Part shown: positions 50,330 through 62,687 of the stretch, piece after piece
Position numbering within the stretch: position 1 is the first letter of the stretch
Layout of the letters: every line of letters begins with the position of its first letter
Source: Eledone cirrhosa
Taxonomy: Eukaryota
DNA: 64,000 bases
Assembly (NCBI GenBank): GCA_964016885.1
Contig: OZ024742.1
Coordinates: forward strand, 96,162,001-96,226,000
Direction of reading: 5' to 3'
Notes under the pieces: generated by a model
Told to the model about the DNA's origin: nothing
Database searches by the model: none
Seen by the model: only the letters and a program-made list of their open reading frames with translations
Translations under genes and position numbers: made by a program

Positions 50330-53300
50330 GTGCCCTCTCCCAGTTTTCCAGGTTTAATTTACAGATATATACTCAGAGTAGGCCCATTCTTTCAATAAAA
50401 TGCTGGGAAGAGAGTACTTCCCTCTCTACTCTGATTTTCCTTTTCAAATGAAATTTGAAAAAGTTAATCAGGGCATCACCGAAGAGGTAAGTGATCGTCT
50501 TCAGCTCTTTCAAACGTGTCCACCATACTATCTCTTTCGCCATGGCCACCAGACAGATAAAAACTGCCTGCCCTTCCCGGCTAAAGGAGAGGGCGGGGCA
50601 ATCCTCACGATGGACTCAGCTGATAGCTGGATCCGCCCCACACGCGACAGCAGGTGTTCGACATAAACCCACAAGTCAGCAATGCTCGGACACTGGACGA
50701 GTACGTGCAGGACGGTTTCGTCGCCCTGCGTGCATCTCGGACATGCCCAGCTGACAGCACCTCCATGCCTGTAGAGTTTATCCCGAACTGGCAAATCTCC
50801 TCGGTAGCACTGCCAGGCCAGGGATTTCTGGAAGTTGTCCATAGGCCCTGGCCCGAAAGTTCTTCCGAAGAGATTGGCTAGTTAATTTTCGTCGACGCCA
50901 AGAGTTTCCCGTCGTCGCTCTTCCCCTCCACTAATGCTCTATAGAACGCCAAGGTGGAGTTTTCACCGTTCACATTGCCCGATTGGTCGAGGGCTGTGAG
51001 CGCCTGAAGACATTCCAGTCTCCAAGCGCTCCCTCTCGGTCTTCGCTTGACCCAGGACTGCAGCTCCATCAAGGAAACGAGTTGGGGAAAGACGAGTCTA
51101 GCAAACGGAGACCATACCTGTTCACCGTCGAGGAAGAGGTGGAGATGTCGTAGCCTGAGCGCGTGTCTGCGCATCATCAGCCACGGCATTCCCAGCCCTC
51201 CACGTAGCGGGTGTTGACAGTAGATGGACTGCCTGACCATCGGAGCGCGTCCCTTCCCCCAAAAGTGAAAGAGCAAACGCTCCAGCGCAGTCAGGCGGGG
51301 CTTAGGACAAGGTACGATGGTCAGGCGGTAGTAGATGACGGACACGATATACACGTTAGCCACCTCCGCTCGACCTTTCAGGGATAGCTTCCTCTCGGCC
51401 CATTTCTGGGTGAGAGAAACCCCACTGCTCGTCACCTCGTCCTAGTTTTTGTCAGTCTTGAGTTCCGGACCGTACCAGACCCCGAGCAATTTAACTGGTT
51501 CGTCCGTCCAGCGCCCGACAACGCTGTTAGACGGCATGGACCTGCCTCTCCAGGTGCCGAGCTGCAGGCCCACTGACTTTTCCTGGTTTAACATTGCTCC
51601 TGTCACCGCTTCGTATTCTCTTAGTGTAGTGCTGATCGCCTCGATGCGTTTGGCGTTCAACACCACTACGTTGACATCGTCCGCATATGCTTACACGGAT
51701 CTTCCGCATCCTAGGTCATGCTGGACCCCCCTCAACGTCTCCAGTTTGTGCAGTAATGGCGCATGTCTGCGCCTCTCCCACCAGACCACCAACGACAAGC
51801 GCCAACCTCTTTGCTAGCACCTTGGCCAAAATCTTGAACTCTGTGTTTCGCAGAGTTATGGGCCTAAAATTATCTATGTTATCCCCTTGTTCGGATCCTT
51901 TCTCAGCAGCGCCACAGCTCCTCGGCTCACAGAGCTGGGAATTCTCCTGTTCTGTTGCCTGTTGCAGTAGACGTCCGCCAAGAGGCCTCCGAATAAGTCT
52001 GGCATCTGTACGTAAAGTTCATAGGGCAGACCATCCAAACCAGGCCATTTACCCCTTGTGCAGCTAGTCATTGCCTCCCGTACTTTCGCGGGTGTTATCG
52101 GCTTTTCGCAAAACTCCGCCTCAGTGGCCGAGAGCCGCGGCAGTCCGTCGAGGTAGACACTAAAGTCCATCCCTCGATGCGGCCCGCCGCTTCCCCCGAA
52201 CAACTGAGCGAAGTGTCGCTGAAAAGCTTCACACATTTGCCCGGGATCGAGTAGCATGCACCCGTCGTGGTCCACCAAAGACCGGATCGTGGCTTTGTTG
52301 CCATGATGCGCCTCCGCCACTCGGGCCCATTGAACGGCTTTCGTCCCCTCGTGTCTGAGAGCACGCACCCTAGCTCTGACAACGCAGCTGTCGTGCTTTG
52401 CATTGAAGAATTGGTCAAGGGCCAATTTCGCCGCAAGTACGTCGGTCGCGATGTCTTTGCTAAGCGCCTCATCTAATTTTCTGACTAATTCTCCCACTGC
52501 TCCATTTTTCTCTATTGCTAAAGCCTTACTAAACGTAATGGACTCTATTCTAATCGCTCTTTTCAGAGCAAACCACCACTTGTTGTTGACGATGGACCCC
52601 GTCAACGCCCGCTTAACAAGTTCGCTAATCCGGTCTCTGTAGGCCTTGCGCGCTGGTAAGGACGCGTTTAGCTTCCAGTAGCCGGGTCCTCGTCTATGAG
52701 GCCTATCTAAGTCAAGCACACAGATCACGAATTTGTGGTCCGTTTAGCTGACTATCTTGAATTGTGGACAGCCTATGCTAGACCTATCTATTTTCCTACA
52801 AAATACTCTATCTAGATATGATCTGGATGAACCTATGCGATTTGTCCAATTCCACATTGGCACATTCGGGAAATCAAATCGGTACCTGTCAGACAGTTCA
52901 AAACGCCTGAGCTGGTTGGTGAGGCTCTTGGACCCTCCACCCCTATCCGCTAATCCCACACAGTCCCAGCGTGCATCTAAGATCCCGTTCCAGTCGCCCA
53001 CTAACACTAAAGAGCGAGACGTTCCAAGAATGATCTCCAGACGCCGGAAGAAATCAGGCCACCCTGCTCCTGTCGGGGTATAGACGGCCACTAGCCTGAA
53101 AGCTTGCACGTCTCTGCTGGTCACGTCCAGCACCACCGACTTACCCTCTGGGTCCAGGAAGATGGCCCGTATGGCGAGATCCAAACCTCTCCGAAAAAGC
53201 ACAGCAACTCCTCCCCCCGAGCCAGGAGGGCTGGGAGATGCGTACACATCGTAGCCGCCGAAGATCGGTGCGAATGCCCGTGCTTCGGAGATTCTGGTCT

Positions 53301-53430
53301 CGCTGATGGCCACTACATCTATGTTTAGTGACCTGATCGTTGAGCAGGTGGCCCTGCTTCCATGACGACCCCAATCCACGCGCATTTATGCTCCCTATTC
53401 TGAGTGAGGTCTGTTTAAAATGGAGTGGAA
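50330..53430 (-). pseudogene. ORF2: AP endonuclease + reverse transcriptase (frameshifts, internal RT deletion)
   Basis: [92 protein letters not shown]...ETVLHVLVQC. Confidence 0.93.
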
Positions 53431-53447
53431 AATATGGGAAAGACCAC

Positions 53448-55352
53448 TTACCGTACTTTTCGTAGAGGAAGGATGGTTTCTCCATCCCTTTTCTCTTGAT
53501 CGTCTGGTGAAGGGACCGTTGAATCGTCCCTTCGGCTGGTCGTCGGATCTTCTATGAGTATGTCCGAATATATTCTCCGGTTGAGAGTCCCTCCTACGTC
53601 TCTGAAATCACCAACTGCGTTGGGGAATTTCGTTTTAGTGCCTGTGTATTGTTTCTGTGTAATTCTTACCAGTCTTATGTTCGTTGGTGTTTTGATTGGT
53701 GCTGGTATTATGTAGTCGTGCTGTGAAATGTCTGTGTGTTCAATTATGTAAGTCATTAGCGGGTGGTGATTGTGTTGGTGGTGTTGCTGCTGTGAGTCTC
53801 TTTGCAGTAGCCTTTACCCTTTTTTCATTTCTTTCCTCCCTTTTCGAAGGCGACGATGCGCTGCTTCTGAGTTTGTGCCTTCTTGCGACCTTTTGCCATC
53901 CCTCTCCCATCTCACACTCCATGTCTGATTCTGTGAGGTCGGGGAGGGGTACCAGCTCCACTCTTTCACTTGTTGTTTGTGATGTTTGCAGTGAAGTCTC
54001 TGTTGGAGCTGCAGTTGGTATTACTGTTGTTGTTGTTAATACTTCCACTGCTGCTGCTGTTCTTGATTTCCGTGGCGTGGGTATGGGTGCCACGGACCCA
54101 TCGTTCCTGGTTGCTGCTTGTCCTGTTGCTGGTAGCCGTAGAGCCGCTTTCGGAAGGAGGGGGGTTTTCTCCTTTCTCAGGGTCTTCTCGTTGCAGAAGG
54201 CCCTGAGGTGAGTCTTCGATCCAAAGTGAAAGCATTTCGGGCCTTTGCCCTCAACACTTATGGGCAGTTGAGTGCCGTTATCGAAGTCTATCACATCAGG
54301 GATAGCTTCGATGCACTCCTGGTTGGTTTGGATTAACATCTCAATGGAGGTGCCGACCCAATCTTCTCTTACTTTTTTCTGTACTTGCAGTACAGTTGTT
54401 TTGTCCTCGATTCCGACGAGGACAGACGCGGCCAGCCAAGAAGGGACCATCCCGGGGGGACGTGGGTCAGTTTGACCCTCACAATTTTTTGCCCGCAGTA
54501 GGAGGGCTCCAACACCATTTCCTCGCTCCTTAGGGTCACTAAGGATTGAGCCTTTGCCTCCTGGGGTGTGGCAAAAAGTACGTCTACGGTGGCATATTTC
54601 TTGCCTCGGGTGATGTGCGTTTTCCGCTGCCACACAGACCCTAAAGCTTTTTGTATTTGAGCCTCTGTGGCTCTTTCAACCCTACGGGATTTTGTACTTA
54701 CTGTACGGTACGTGACCGTACAGTGCTGTTGGGTTTCGAAAAAATTTTCCGCTGCCTTGCAGATTGCTCGGTGTCCAGTTTTTGTCACCATCTTCTTCGC
54801 TTCCTCTAATTCCTCATTTGTTATGAGGAGGGTTTCCAGGTTCTTTGCGATACCTGCAAACGAGATTGGTTTTACTTTGCTGCTGTTGTTGTTGTTGTTG
54901 TAGTCAGAGCTGCTGTTACTTTTGTTGTTGCTGTAGGTACTACGACTACTGCCGCCGCCGCTGTTGCTGTGGTTGTTGTTGTTGTTGCTGCTGCTAATGC
55001 TGTTGTTGTTTATGCTGCTGCTGATGCTGTTGCGGCTGCTACTGTTATTTTCATTGTCACTGTTGCTGTTGTTATTACGGCTGCTACTGCTATTATTCCT
55101 GACGTCAGACGAATGAAATGGGTTTTCGTATTTCCCGCACACCCGTTTCGTCGTTGTCGTCGTGGAGAAATCTTGCACGCTTTGCACGAGACTTTTCTTA
55201 TCTGTCGTCGCTTGCGAAAGAGAAGGGGGGGGGGATAGAGACACATTTAAAGAAGGGAGGGAGAGAGACAATCTTCTCTCTGCTGTAGTGACGATTGAGG
55301 AAGAAGACGGAATGAGTGGGAGTGACCTATGAAAATTATTTTTCGTAGCCAT
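53448..55352 (-). pseudogene. ORF1 (gag-like) with Asn/Ser tract and degenerate zinc knuckle, frameshifted
   Basis: ORFs 54369-55352 and 53740-54633. KPISFAGIA, VRVKLTHVP and KCFHFGSKTHLRAFC (CX2CX4HX4C with the second C changed to F). Confidence 0.8.
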
Positions 55353-55614
55353 GTTTTTTTTTGTTTAAAATAAATAGTGGGCACAAAACCCCAATAAGCA
55401 GTTATTTAACCCCGAAGGGCCAAATAACGGGCAGAAAGACCCCTCTCACGAGGAGGGGGGTGTTTTTGTCTACAAGTTGGTTAAAGTTTTAAACAATTTA
55501 CAATTGTTATAGCGTTCAAAATTTACAATACCTTACAGAGCCGAGCCTCCGTCAACCATGGCATTCAATAATAATAATAATAATAATAAAAGTACGATTT
55601 GTTTCCATTTAAGG

Positions 55615-55705
55615 AGTGGTGGTGCACATTTCGCTATTTATTAGCTTAAGGTTCGATCTGTATCGATCTGGCCCGACCCTGGAATCAAAAGCTCGTCAGA
55701 CCTCT
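55615..55705 (-). ncRNA. Type I hammerhead-like motif with enlarged stem II, U16.1 apparently mutated
   Basis: Minus strand AGAGGT-CTGACGA-GCT...AGC-GAAA-TGTGCAC-C-ACCACT. Confidence 0.55.
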
Positions 55706-55918
55706 GTTGTAGTAAAGACAAAATGAACATATAGAGCATAGAGATGTCTCTAACAATTTCCATTACATATAAATGTAATGGAAACATAGCAAAACGTCCT
55801 TTTATTATTATACTTACACTCTGTTTAGCTCTACACCTCGTAACAGACATGAATCTACGCATCGAGTGCTCACCTGGGTGAACCTACAGGAACTGCACAT
55901 TACACCCCTTAGATATAT

Positions 55919-55984
<66 letters not shown>

Positions 55985-55989
55985 AAGTA

Positions 55990-56602
55990 TGTATACGTAC
56001 ATACATATATGTATACAGACGTACAGTAGTATGTATATATATATATACATACATGCACACATATATATATATGTACGTATGGATTCACCAAACATTTATT
56101 ATAATACTCGGTGTGTTTGTAAACAAACATCCCGAATTAAGCCATACAGTGTCTAGCAACATCGTTGCTCATTTGTTCAACACTGACAAAGGAACGCTGT
56201 ACTAGTTTCAAGCTTATTAGCTATCGTCAGCAACGTATACCTTCCTGCCAGATGATTGAACGTCTGAAAGTATATACTTTCCTTATGCATATTAACGGCT
56301 GAGCAGCCTAATTTGCATATTGAGTGAGTTAATCGGCCAGGGTACCGAAAACGAAAAACGGAAAAAATGAAACGAAATTTCATTTCTCACTCCTAGTACG
56401 GCTGATACTTAAATATAAATATACATACGTACATATATATATGTATACAGACGTACAGTAGTATGTATATATATACATACATGCACACATATATATATGT
56501 ACGTATGGGTTTACCGAACATTTATTATAATGCTCGGTTTGTTTGTAAACAAACAGCCGTACTAAGAGTGAGAAATAAAATTTCGTTTAAATTTTTCCAT
56601 TT
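55990..56602 (-). mobile_element. Retrozyme-like element: ~432-bp unit + partial tandem copy + short inverted cap, flanked by (TA)n
   Basis: 55994-56130 is repeated at 56426-56555; 56554-56602 is the reverse complement of 56356-56404; contains an HHR. Confidence 0.78.
56194..56236 (-). ncRNA. Minimal type I hammerhead ribozyme (GUA site)
   Basis: Minus strand ACGTTG-CTGACGA-T-AGCT(AATA)AGCT-T-GAAA-CTAGT-A-CAGCGT; palindromic stem III ACTAGT. Confidence 0.88.
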
Positions 56603-56811
56603 ATATATATATGTAAGGTGGTTGGTGTTAGGATGGCCATCCAGCTGTAAAAAAACAGCCAAAATATAGTTCCATTTGAGCAAGGGACAGCACAGCCAAC
56701 TGGCCAGACATGCCTCATAACATGGGCAACCCATGTAACTGATGCAAACATAGAAAATGTGTTAAATGATGATACGATGATGATGATATATATACATCTA
56801 TATATGATCAT

Positions 56812-58601
56812 CATCATTATCACCGTTTTACGTCCATCCTTCCACGCTAGCATGGGTTAGACGGGTTGTCCTGTTGTGGGCAGTGTCCAGTCGGCTGACC
56901 TTGTCTTGCTCATATGGGAACTGATTTTGGCTTGATTACTACAGCTGGATGCCCTTCCTAACACCAACCTCATTTAGAGTGAGTGCTGGGTGCTATTTTT
57001 CCGGGGCGCCTACATGACCACTTTACAGTGTGGGCTGGGTGCTTTTTTGCCGTGGCACCTCCACGACCACCTTGCAGTGGGACGGGAGGGGTGCATATTG
57101 TCTATATGCTTCAGCTTTGGCTTGTACCCGTGGGAAGTTGGGTTTTCTGTATTATTGAGTGGCACCAGAAGTCATGGTCCTGTGTCATCGCCTTTGAGAT
57201 GTGCAATGGGGTATGGTCGGCTTTTATCACCTCATCCCAGGTCTTCTTGGGTCTCCCCACTCCACGGCTTACATCGACTTCTAGTGCTCTGCTCCTTTTA
57301 ATGCAGCTGTCATCCTTCATACACATCACATGTCCATACCAACGCAACTTCCTCTCCTGCACGCAGCATTTGATTCCTCTTAAGCTCAGTCTCTCTCTCA
57401 ATTTGTTTATGCTTTGCCGCTCATGTATATTACTATTACACATTCATTGGAACATGCAAGCTTCGTTTCTTTCTAATCTATGCAAGTCTTCTACACACAA
57501 CGCCCAGGTCTCACTACCATGTAACATTGCTGTTCGTATGCACGCATCATACAGTCTGCCTTTCATTTTGAGGGAAAGGCCTTTTGCAGCCAGCAGTGGC
57601 AGTAGCTACCTGAACTTCTTCCATCCCGTTCTTACCCTGGCAACTCTACTTTCTGAACACACACCTCCACTGCTAATTTGGTCTCCTAGGTAGCAAAAGC
57701 TTTCTACTGTTTCTACTGAGCCCGCCCAGAGTTTGGTTGTGCTTGTTTCCTGCGGCCGTTTGTGGCTTGCTGTCCCGGTGCAGCTGCTGCATGTAAAGCA
57801 TATATTCTTAGCTAAGATTCCTGAGATCCCTCTACATCTCTTGTGTACCCATTGTTTGCATTTGGGGCAGAGGATGGAGTTCCTACCTACACCTTTCCTA
57901 CATACTGAGCAAGGCCATTTCTCTGAGGGGAACTAGGCTCTGTTTTCTCATCTACTTACGAGGACCTTAGTCTTTGTCAGATTGACTTTGAGACCCTTTC
58001 TTTCTAGTCTCTGCTTCCATGTTTGGAATTTCTTTATTTCCACCATAGATTCAGCTATAAGTGTTAGATCATCCACATACAGGAGTAACCATGGGCATTT
58101 GGTCTTAAACGCCTCTGTTATTGCCTGCAATAATATAATTGTTTCTACTTTAGGCACAAGGCCAGCAATTACCCAGTGCATTACTGGTACTTTATTTTAT
58201 CTACCCCGTAAGGATGAAAGGCAAAGTCAACCTCGGCGGGATTTGAACTCAGATCGTAAAGGCACGTAACTATGCTGGAAAGCATGACGTCCGACCCTCT
58301 ACCGATAACAGGAGTCGGCTAAGAACAGACCCTGGTGGACACTGACCTGCATGCTAAATTCCTCGCTATAGTCATTGTTAACCCTAACTTTGCTGACTGC
58401 TCCCCTATACATGGCTTGTATTGCTTTCACAAGCCATTCATCTACTCCTAGTTTCCTAAGAGCCCACCAGACTATAGCACGAGGCATTCTGTCGAAGGCT
58501 TTTTTCTAGATCGAAAAATGACAGGAAGAGTGACTTACTTTTAGCTAGGTACTTTTCCTGTAACTGCCTCACAAGGAAGAGGGCATCAGTGGTGCCTTTT
58601 C

Positions 58602-58602
<1 letters not shown>
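56812..58602 (-). mobile_element. RTE-clade LINE, 5'-truncated, decayed; same family as 15921-16845
   Basis: GKGTTDALF, KAFDRMPR, PWLLLYVDDL, KVNLTKTKVL, LRWYGHV, GRPKKTW and the same 3' UTR. Confidence 0.93.
58134..58306 (-). mobile_element. SINE family B inserted in the RTE RT domain
   Basis: Interrupts the RT between VHQG...LL and ILLQAIT; matches the 13965 copy. Confidence 0.9.
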
Positions 58603-58679
<77 letters not shown>

Positions 58680-58792
58680 GAGAGGCTTATACTACTGACA
58701 TTGCTTTAAAAGAAAAAAGAGGCTGTTGGCATAATTGCAAACAAATCGAATATTATTATTAATATTCGAAAACTCAGATTACATTCACTATA

Positions 58793-59140
58793 TATCATCA
58801 TCATCATCATCATCATCATTTCATTTTACGTCCACTTTTCCCTGCTTACAAGGGTGGGACGGGAACTGATTCTGGCTTGATTTCTACAGCTGGATGCGCT
58901 TCCTAACACCAACCTCATTTACAGTGAGTGCTGGGTGCTTTTTTGCCATGGCACCTCCATGACAACTTTGCAGTGGAATGATATGGACCTATCATCTCAT
59001 TTCTACAGCTGAGTAAACTGGAGCAATGGGAAATAAAGTGTCTTGCTCAAGGAAACAACACATCACCTGGTCTGAGAATTGAACTCACAATCTTTCGATT
59101 GCAAGTACAATGCTCTAACCACTAAGCCATATGCCTCCAT
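58793..59140 (-). mobile_element. CORE-type SINE family A with (GAT)n tail
   Basis: Family match. Confidence 0.9.
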
Positions 59141-59536
59141 TCACTATATATATTTATGATATATGAATGTATGTATAGTATATTTGGCAATATACCCTAT
59201 GTTTAACTAAAAACATTTAGAAGACCATTCGCTATCAGTTTTAAATCAGTGACTATGTCACTTACTTATTTTCGGCGAAAGAAGGGAGAGTGGCTGACAG
59301 TTTGTTTCTCACTGTTTGGCATTCATCAAAACCACACACTCCTCTGCCCCTTTTTTATAGAAGCTGGATTATTATAGAATTCCAGTAATAATCAGGAGCT
59401 GATTATACAAAGTGATTGCCGGTCCAGCAAAAATTAGATATTAGTATAGGTGCTTCCAAATAGCGATGTGTACATAAATGTATTTGGCAATATACCGTAT
59501 GTTAATATATATATATATATATATATTAACATACGG

Positions 59537-60403
59537 TATAAGTTCAGAGACCTCATACCACTATTAGCCGCTAAAGGGTTCTCCCTAAAAATGAAAGGCA
59601 GGTTGTACGATGCCTGCATACGAACAGCAATGTTGCATGGCAGTGAGACCTGGGCATTGTGTGCAGAGGATATACGCAGACTAGAGAGAAACGAAGCTTG
59701 CATGCTCCGCTGGATGTGTAATAGTAATATACGTGAACGGCAAAGCATAAACGAACTAAGGAAAAAATTAGAAATAAGAGGGATCAGATGTTGTTTACTC
59801 GAGAGAAGGCTACGTGATGCACATGAAGGACGATAGCTGTATAACAAAGTGCAGGGCAATAAAGATAGACGGTAGCCACGGAATAGGTAGACCCAGAAAA
59901 ACCAGGGACGAGCTGATAAATTCCGACCTCACACACTTACACCTCACCAAGACAATGTCACTGGACCGAGACCTTTGGCGGTACTCAGTAATAGAGAAGA
60001 CCCGCCTTACCTAAATACAAAGTAAAACCTACTACAGTCAGTAGGTATCTCTAACAAAATTACACCCCCGTCCCACCACCCCTACCCCATCCACACCGCC
60101 CCTTTCAATGTAAAGTTATGTTGGTGCCACAACATCCAGGCCGAAACAAATGAGATCGTGTAGGTGTCACGTCAAAAAAACACACAGCTCACGCTGTAAT
60201 GTAGCCGTGTAGGTAACACGGTAAAAACCTCCCAGCCCCACACTGTAAATGTGGTTGGTGTTAGGAAGGGCATCCAGCTGTAGAAAACCCGCCAGATAGT
60301 CCTATGCGAGCAAGATAATCACTCTTGCCTCAAGTGGGAAAACCCCCGTCCAAACCCATGCAAGCGTGGAACACGGACGTTAAACGATGATGATGATGAT
60401 GAT
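59537..60403 (+). mobile_element. RTE-clade LINE 3' fragment with (GAT)n tail
   Basis: KFRDLIPLLAAKGFSLKMKGRLYDACIR...GRPRKT and a 3' UTR ending GGACGTTAAAC(GAT)n. Confidence 0.92.
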
Positions 60404-60919
60404 ATATATATATATATATATCATCATTTTTACTTTGACCTTTCTATGCTGACATGTTTTGGACAGAACATTTTAAGGCAATATTTTTACAACAGCCTGC
60501 TCTTTCTGATACAAAAAGTTTTAATCTTTTCATACAACATGCAGGAATACAGTGTGTTTATTCTAAACACATGGTATACATACACACACACACACACACA
60601 CACATGTGGGTCAGCTGAAAAATGTATAGCCTGACTAATATACTCTCATAGAATGGCCAAATGAGGTTTATTTTTCAACATAGTCCCTGGAAAGAAACAA
60701 TGCAATTATTAATAAGATGGTTTGAAATTGATGAATGGAGCATTTCACAGCTCTAGCATCACTCCTTCATAGTCAGTCTAGGAACTTTTCAGCCAACCCT
60801 CATATATTAATTAATCAAATTCCAGCAACTGGTGTCACCAACCAATCGTTGGGTTTCTACTCTAGACGTTTTTCACATTCACCAGTTGCCACTGCTCTCT
60901 ATCCTCCATTATATGCAAG

Positions 60920-61302
60920 GGCAGTGGATTGGCAGTATCGGTAGAGAGTCGGATGCCATGCTTTGACGTATAGAGTTATGGCCCTTGCCATTCTGAGTTC
61001 AAATCCCGCCGAGGTTAACTTTGCCTTTCATATTTACGGGGTCGATAAAATAAAGTACCAGTAATGCACTGGGTGATTGCTGGCCTTGTGCCAAAAGTAG
61101 AAACAATTATATGCAAGGGCAATAAATTGACAGTATCGGTAGGGTGTCAGACACCATGCTTTAAAATATAGAGTTTTGGCCCTTTACGTTCTGAGTACAA
61201 ATCCTGCTGAGGTTAACTTTGCCTTTCATCCTCATGGGGTCGATAAAATAAAGTACCAGTAATGCACTGGGTAATTGCTGGCCTTGTGCCAAAAGTAGAA
61301 AC
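60920..61302 (+). mobile_element. Head-to-tail dimer of SINE family B
   Basis: Two units separated and flanked by ATTATAT(G/A)CAAG. Confidence 0.88.
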
Positions 61303-61589
61303 AATTATATACAAGAGAATGATTGTTGTAGCCTGTTTAGTCCTTGATGTCATAGAGTTAGGATCATTTTGTTTGTTTGCCTCTTCATCACCCTCCTTCA
61401 ACTGTGTCACAGATATGGTTTTAGGTGTGACATCAGGGATAGATATATAAACATACCAGGCGAGCTTCTGTCTTTACCATCACAAGAGGTAGTTTATGTC
61501 TACCAGCATAGTTGTTAAGTTGCTGACATAGTTGTTTGTCATATGTTCTGTATATTATGGTATACCACCCTTTTGAAGCACTTTAGTGA

Positions 61590-62002
61590 GCTATTGCTTT
61601 GGTTGTTATTGTTATTTTGCTTGCAGTGGGGGTTGTAGTTGTGGTTATTGTTATTGTGGTAGTGATCGTTGTTGCAGAGATTATTACTGTGGCAGGAGTT
61701 ATTGTACTGTTTGTTGTTGGGATGGTGGTTGTTGTTGTGAGGATGGTGATTGTTGTGGTGGCTGTGGTAGTGGCAGTCATGGTTATGGTGGTTGTTGTGA
61801 TTGCAGTGGTTGTTGTTATGTTGGTGGGTGTTGTGGTTGTGGTGGTGGTTGTTTTGGGTATGGTGATTGTTGTTGTGATTGCAGTGGTGGTTGTGGTGGT
61901 TGTTGTTGTGATGGTTGTTGTTGTGGTGGTGTAGGTTGTCTTTGTTGTGGTGTTGGTTTTTGTTATTGTTGTAATGGTTGTAATGGTTTTTGTTGTTGTT
62001 AT
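61590..62002. repeat. Degenerate (GTT/GGT)n trinucleotide repeat
   Basis: Direct reading; explains the poly-T/V/C ORFs. Confidence 0.9.
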
Positions 62003-62100
62003 TTTCATTTGTATTGACATATTTTGAATGTTTTTTTAAATAAATTTTATTTATTGTTATTCTTTTTTGCCTTAAATGTGTCTATTAATTTCTTGATGTA

Positions 62101-62290
62101 GGGCAGTGGATTAGCAGTATCGGTAGGGGATCAGACGCCATTTTTGCAGCATAGAGTTACGGCCCTTTATGGTTTGAGTTCAAATCCTGCCAAGGTTAAC
62201 TTTGCCTTTCATCCTTATGGGGACAATAAAATATAATACCTGTAATGCACTGGGATAAGTGCTGGCCTTGTGCCAAAAATAGAAACAATT
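62101..62290 (+). mobile_element. SINE family B
   Basis: Family match. Confidence 0.88.
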
Positions 62291-62687
62291 GTAGTAGTAG
62301 ATGTTGAGTTTGTAGTTGTTATTGTTGATGTTATTGTTGTTTTATGAGCTGGTGGTATTGTTGTTGTTTAACTCCAGGCTAACTTTAATCAGACATGATC
62401 AAAGGTAATCTATCCATGACTATCCTATTTTGTTTTTCCCATATATAAAAGCTGGTACGATATTCTTTCATGAATGATTGTTTTTTTAAAGACAGCAGAG
62501 TGGAATTTGAAGGAGATTTTACTACTATCTCTATGTGCTTAATGTTGTCTTTGTCATAGTGTTTGGTATTATTTGTAATTGTAGCAGTTGTGGTATTGCA
62601 GATGTTGTGTAATTTTATTTGCTGTGATTAGAGTTGTGGTGCAGAAGTTGTTGAATTGTAATTGCTGTGGTATTGTTATAGTTGTAT

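Larger units (their letters stand above)
50122..55566 (-). mobile_element. Near full-length Tx1/L1-clade non-LTR retrotransposon in an (AAT)n tract
   Basis: 5' UTR, ORF1, ORF2 (APE + RT) and a 3' UTR with AATAAA (50128-50133 minus). (AAT)n on both flanks. Confidence 0.9.

Noticed and set aside
61320-62020. Thr-rich ORF and downstream TYDKQLCQQLNNYAGRHKLPLVMVKTEARL segment
   Set aside because: The Thr tract is a trinucleotide repeat; the following segment is separated by a stop, has a poor acceptor and has no identifiable homology.
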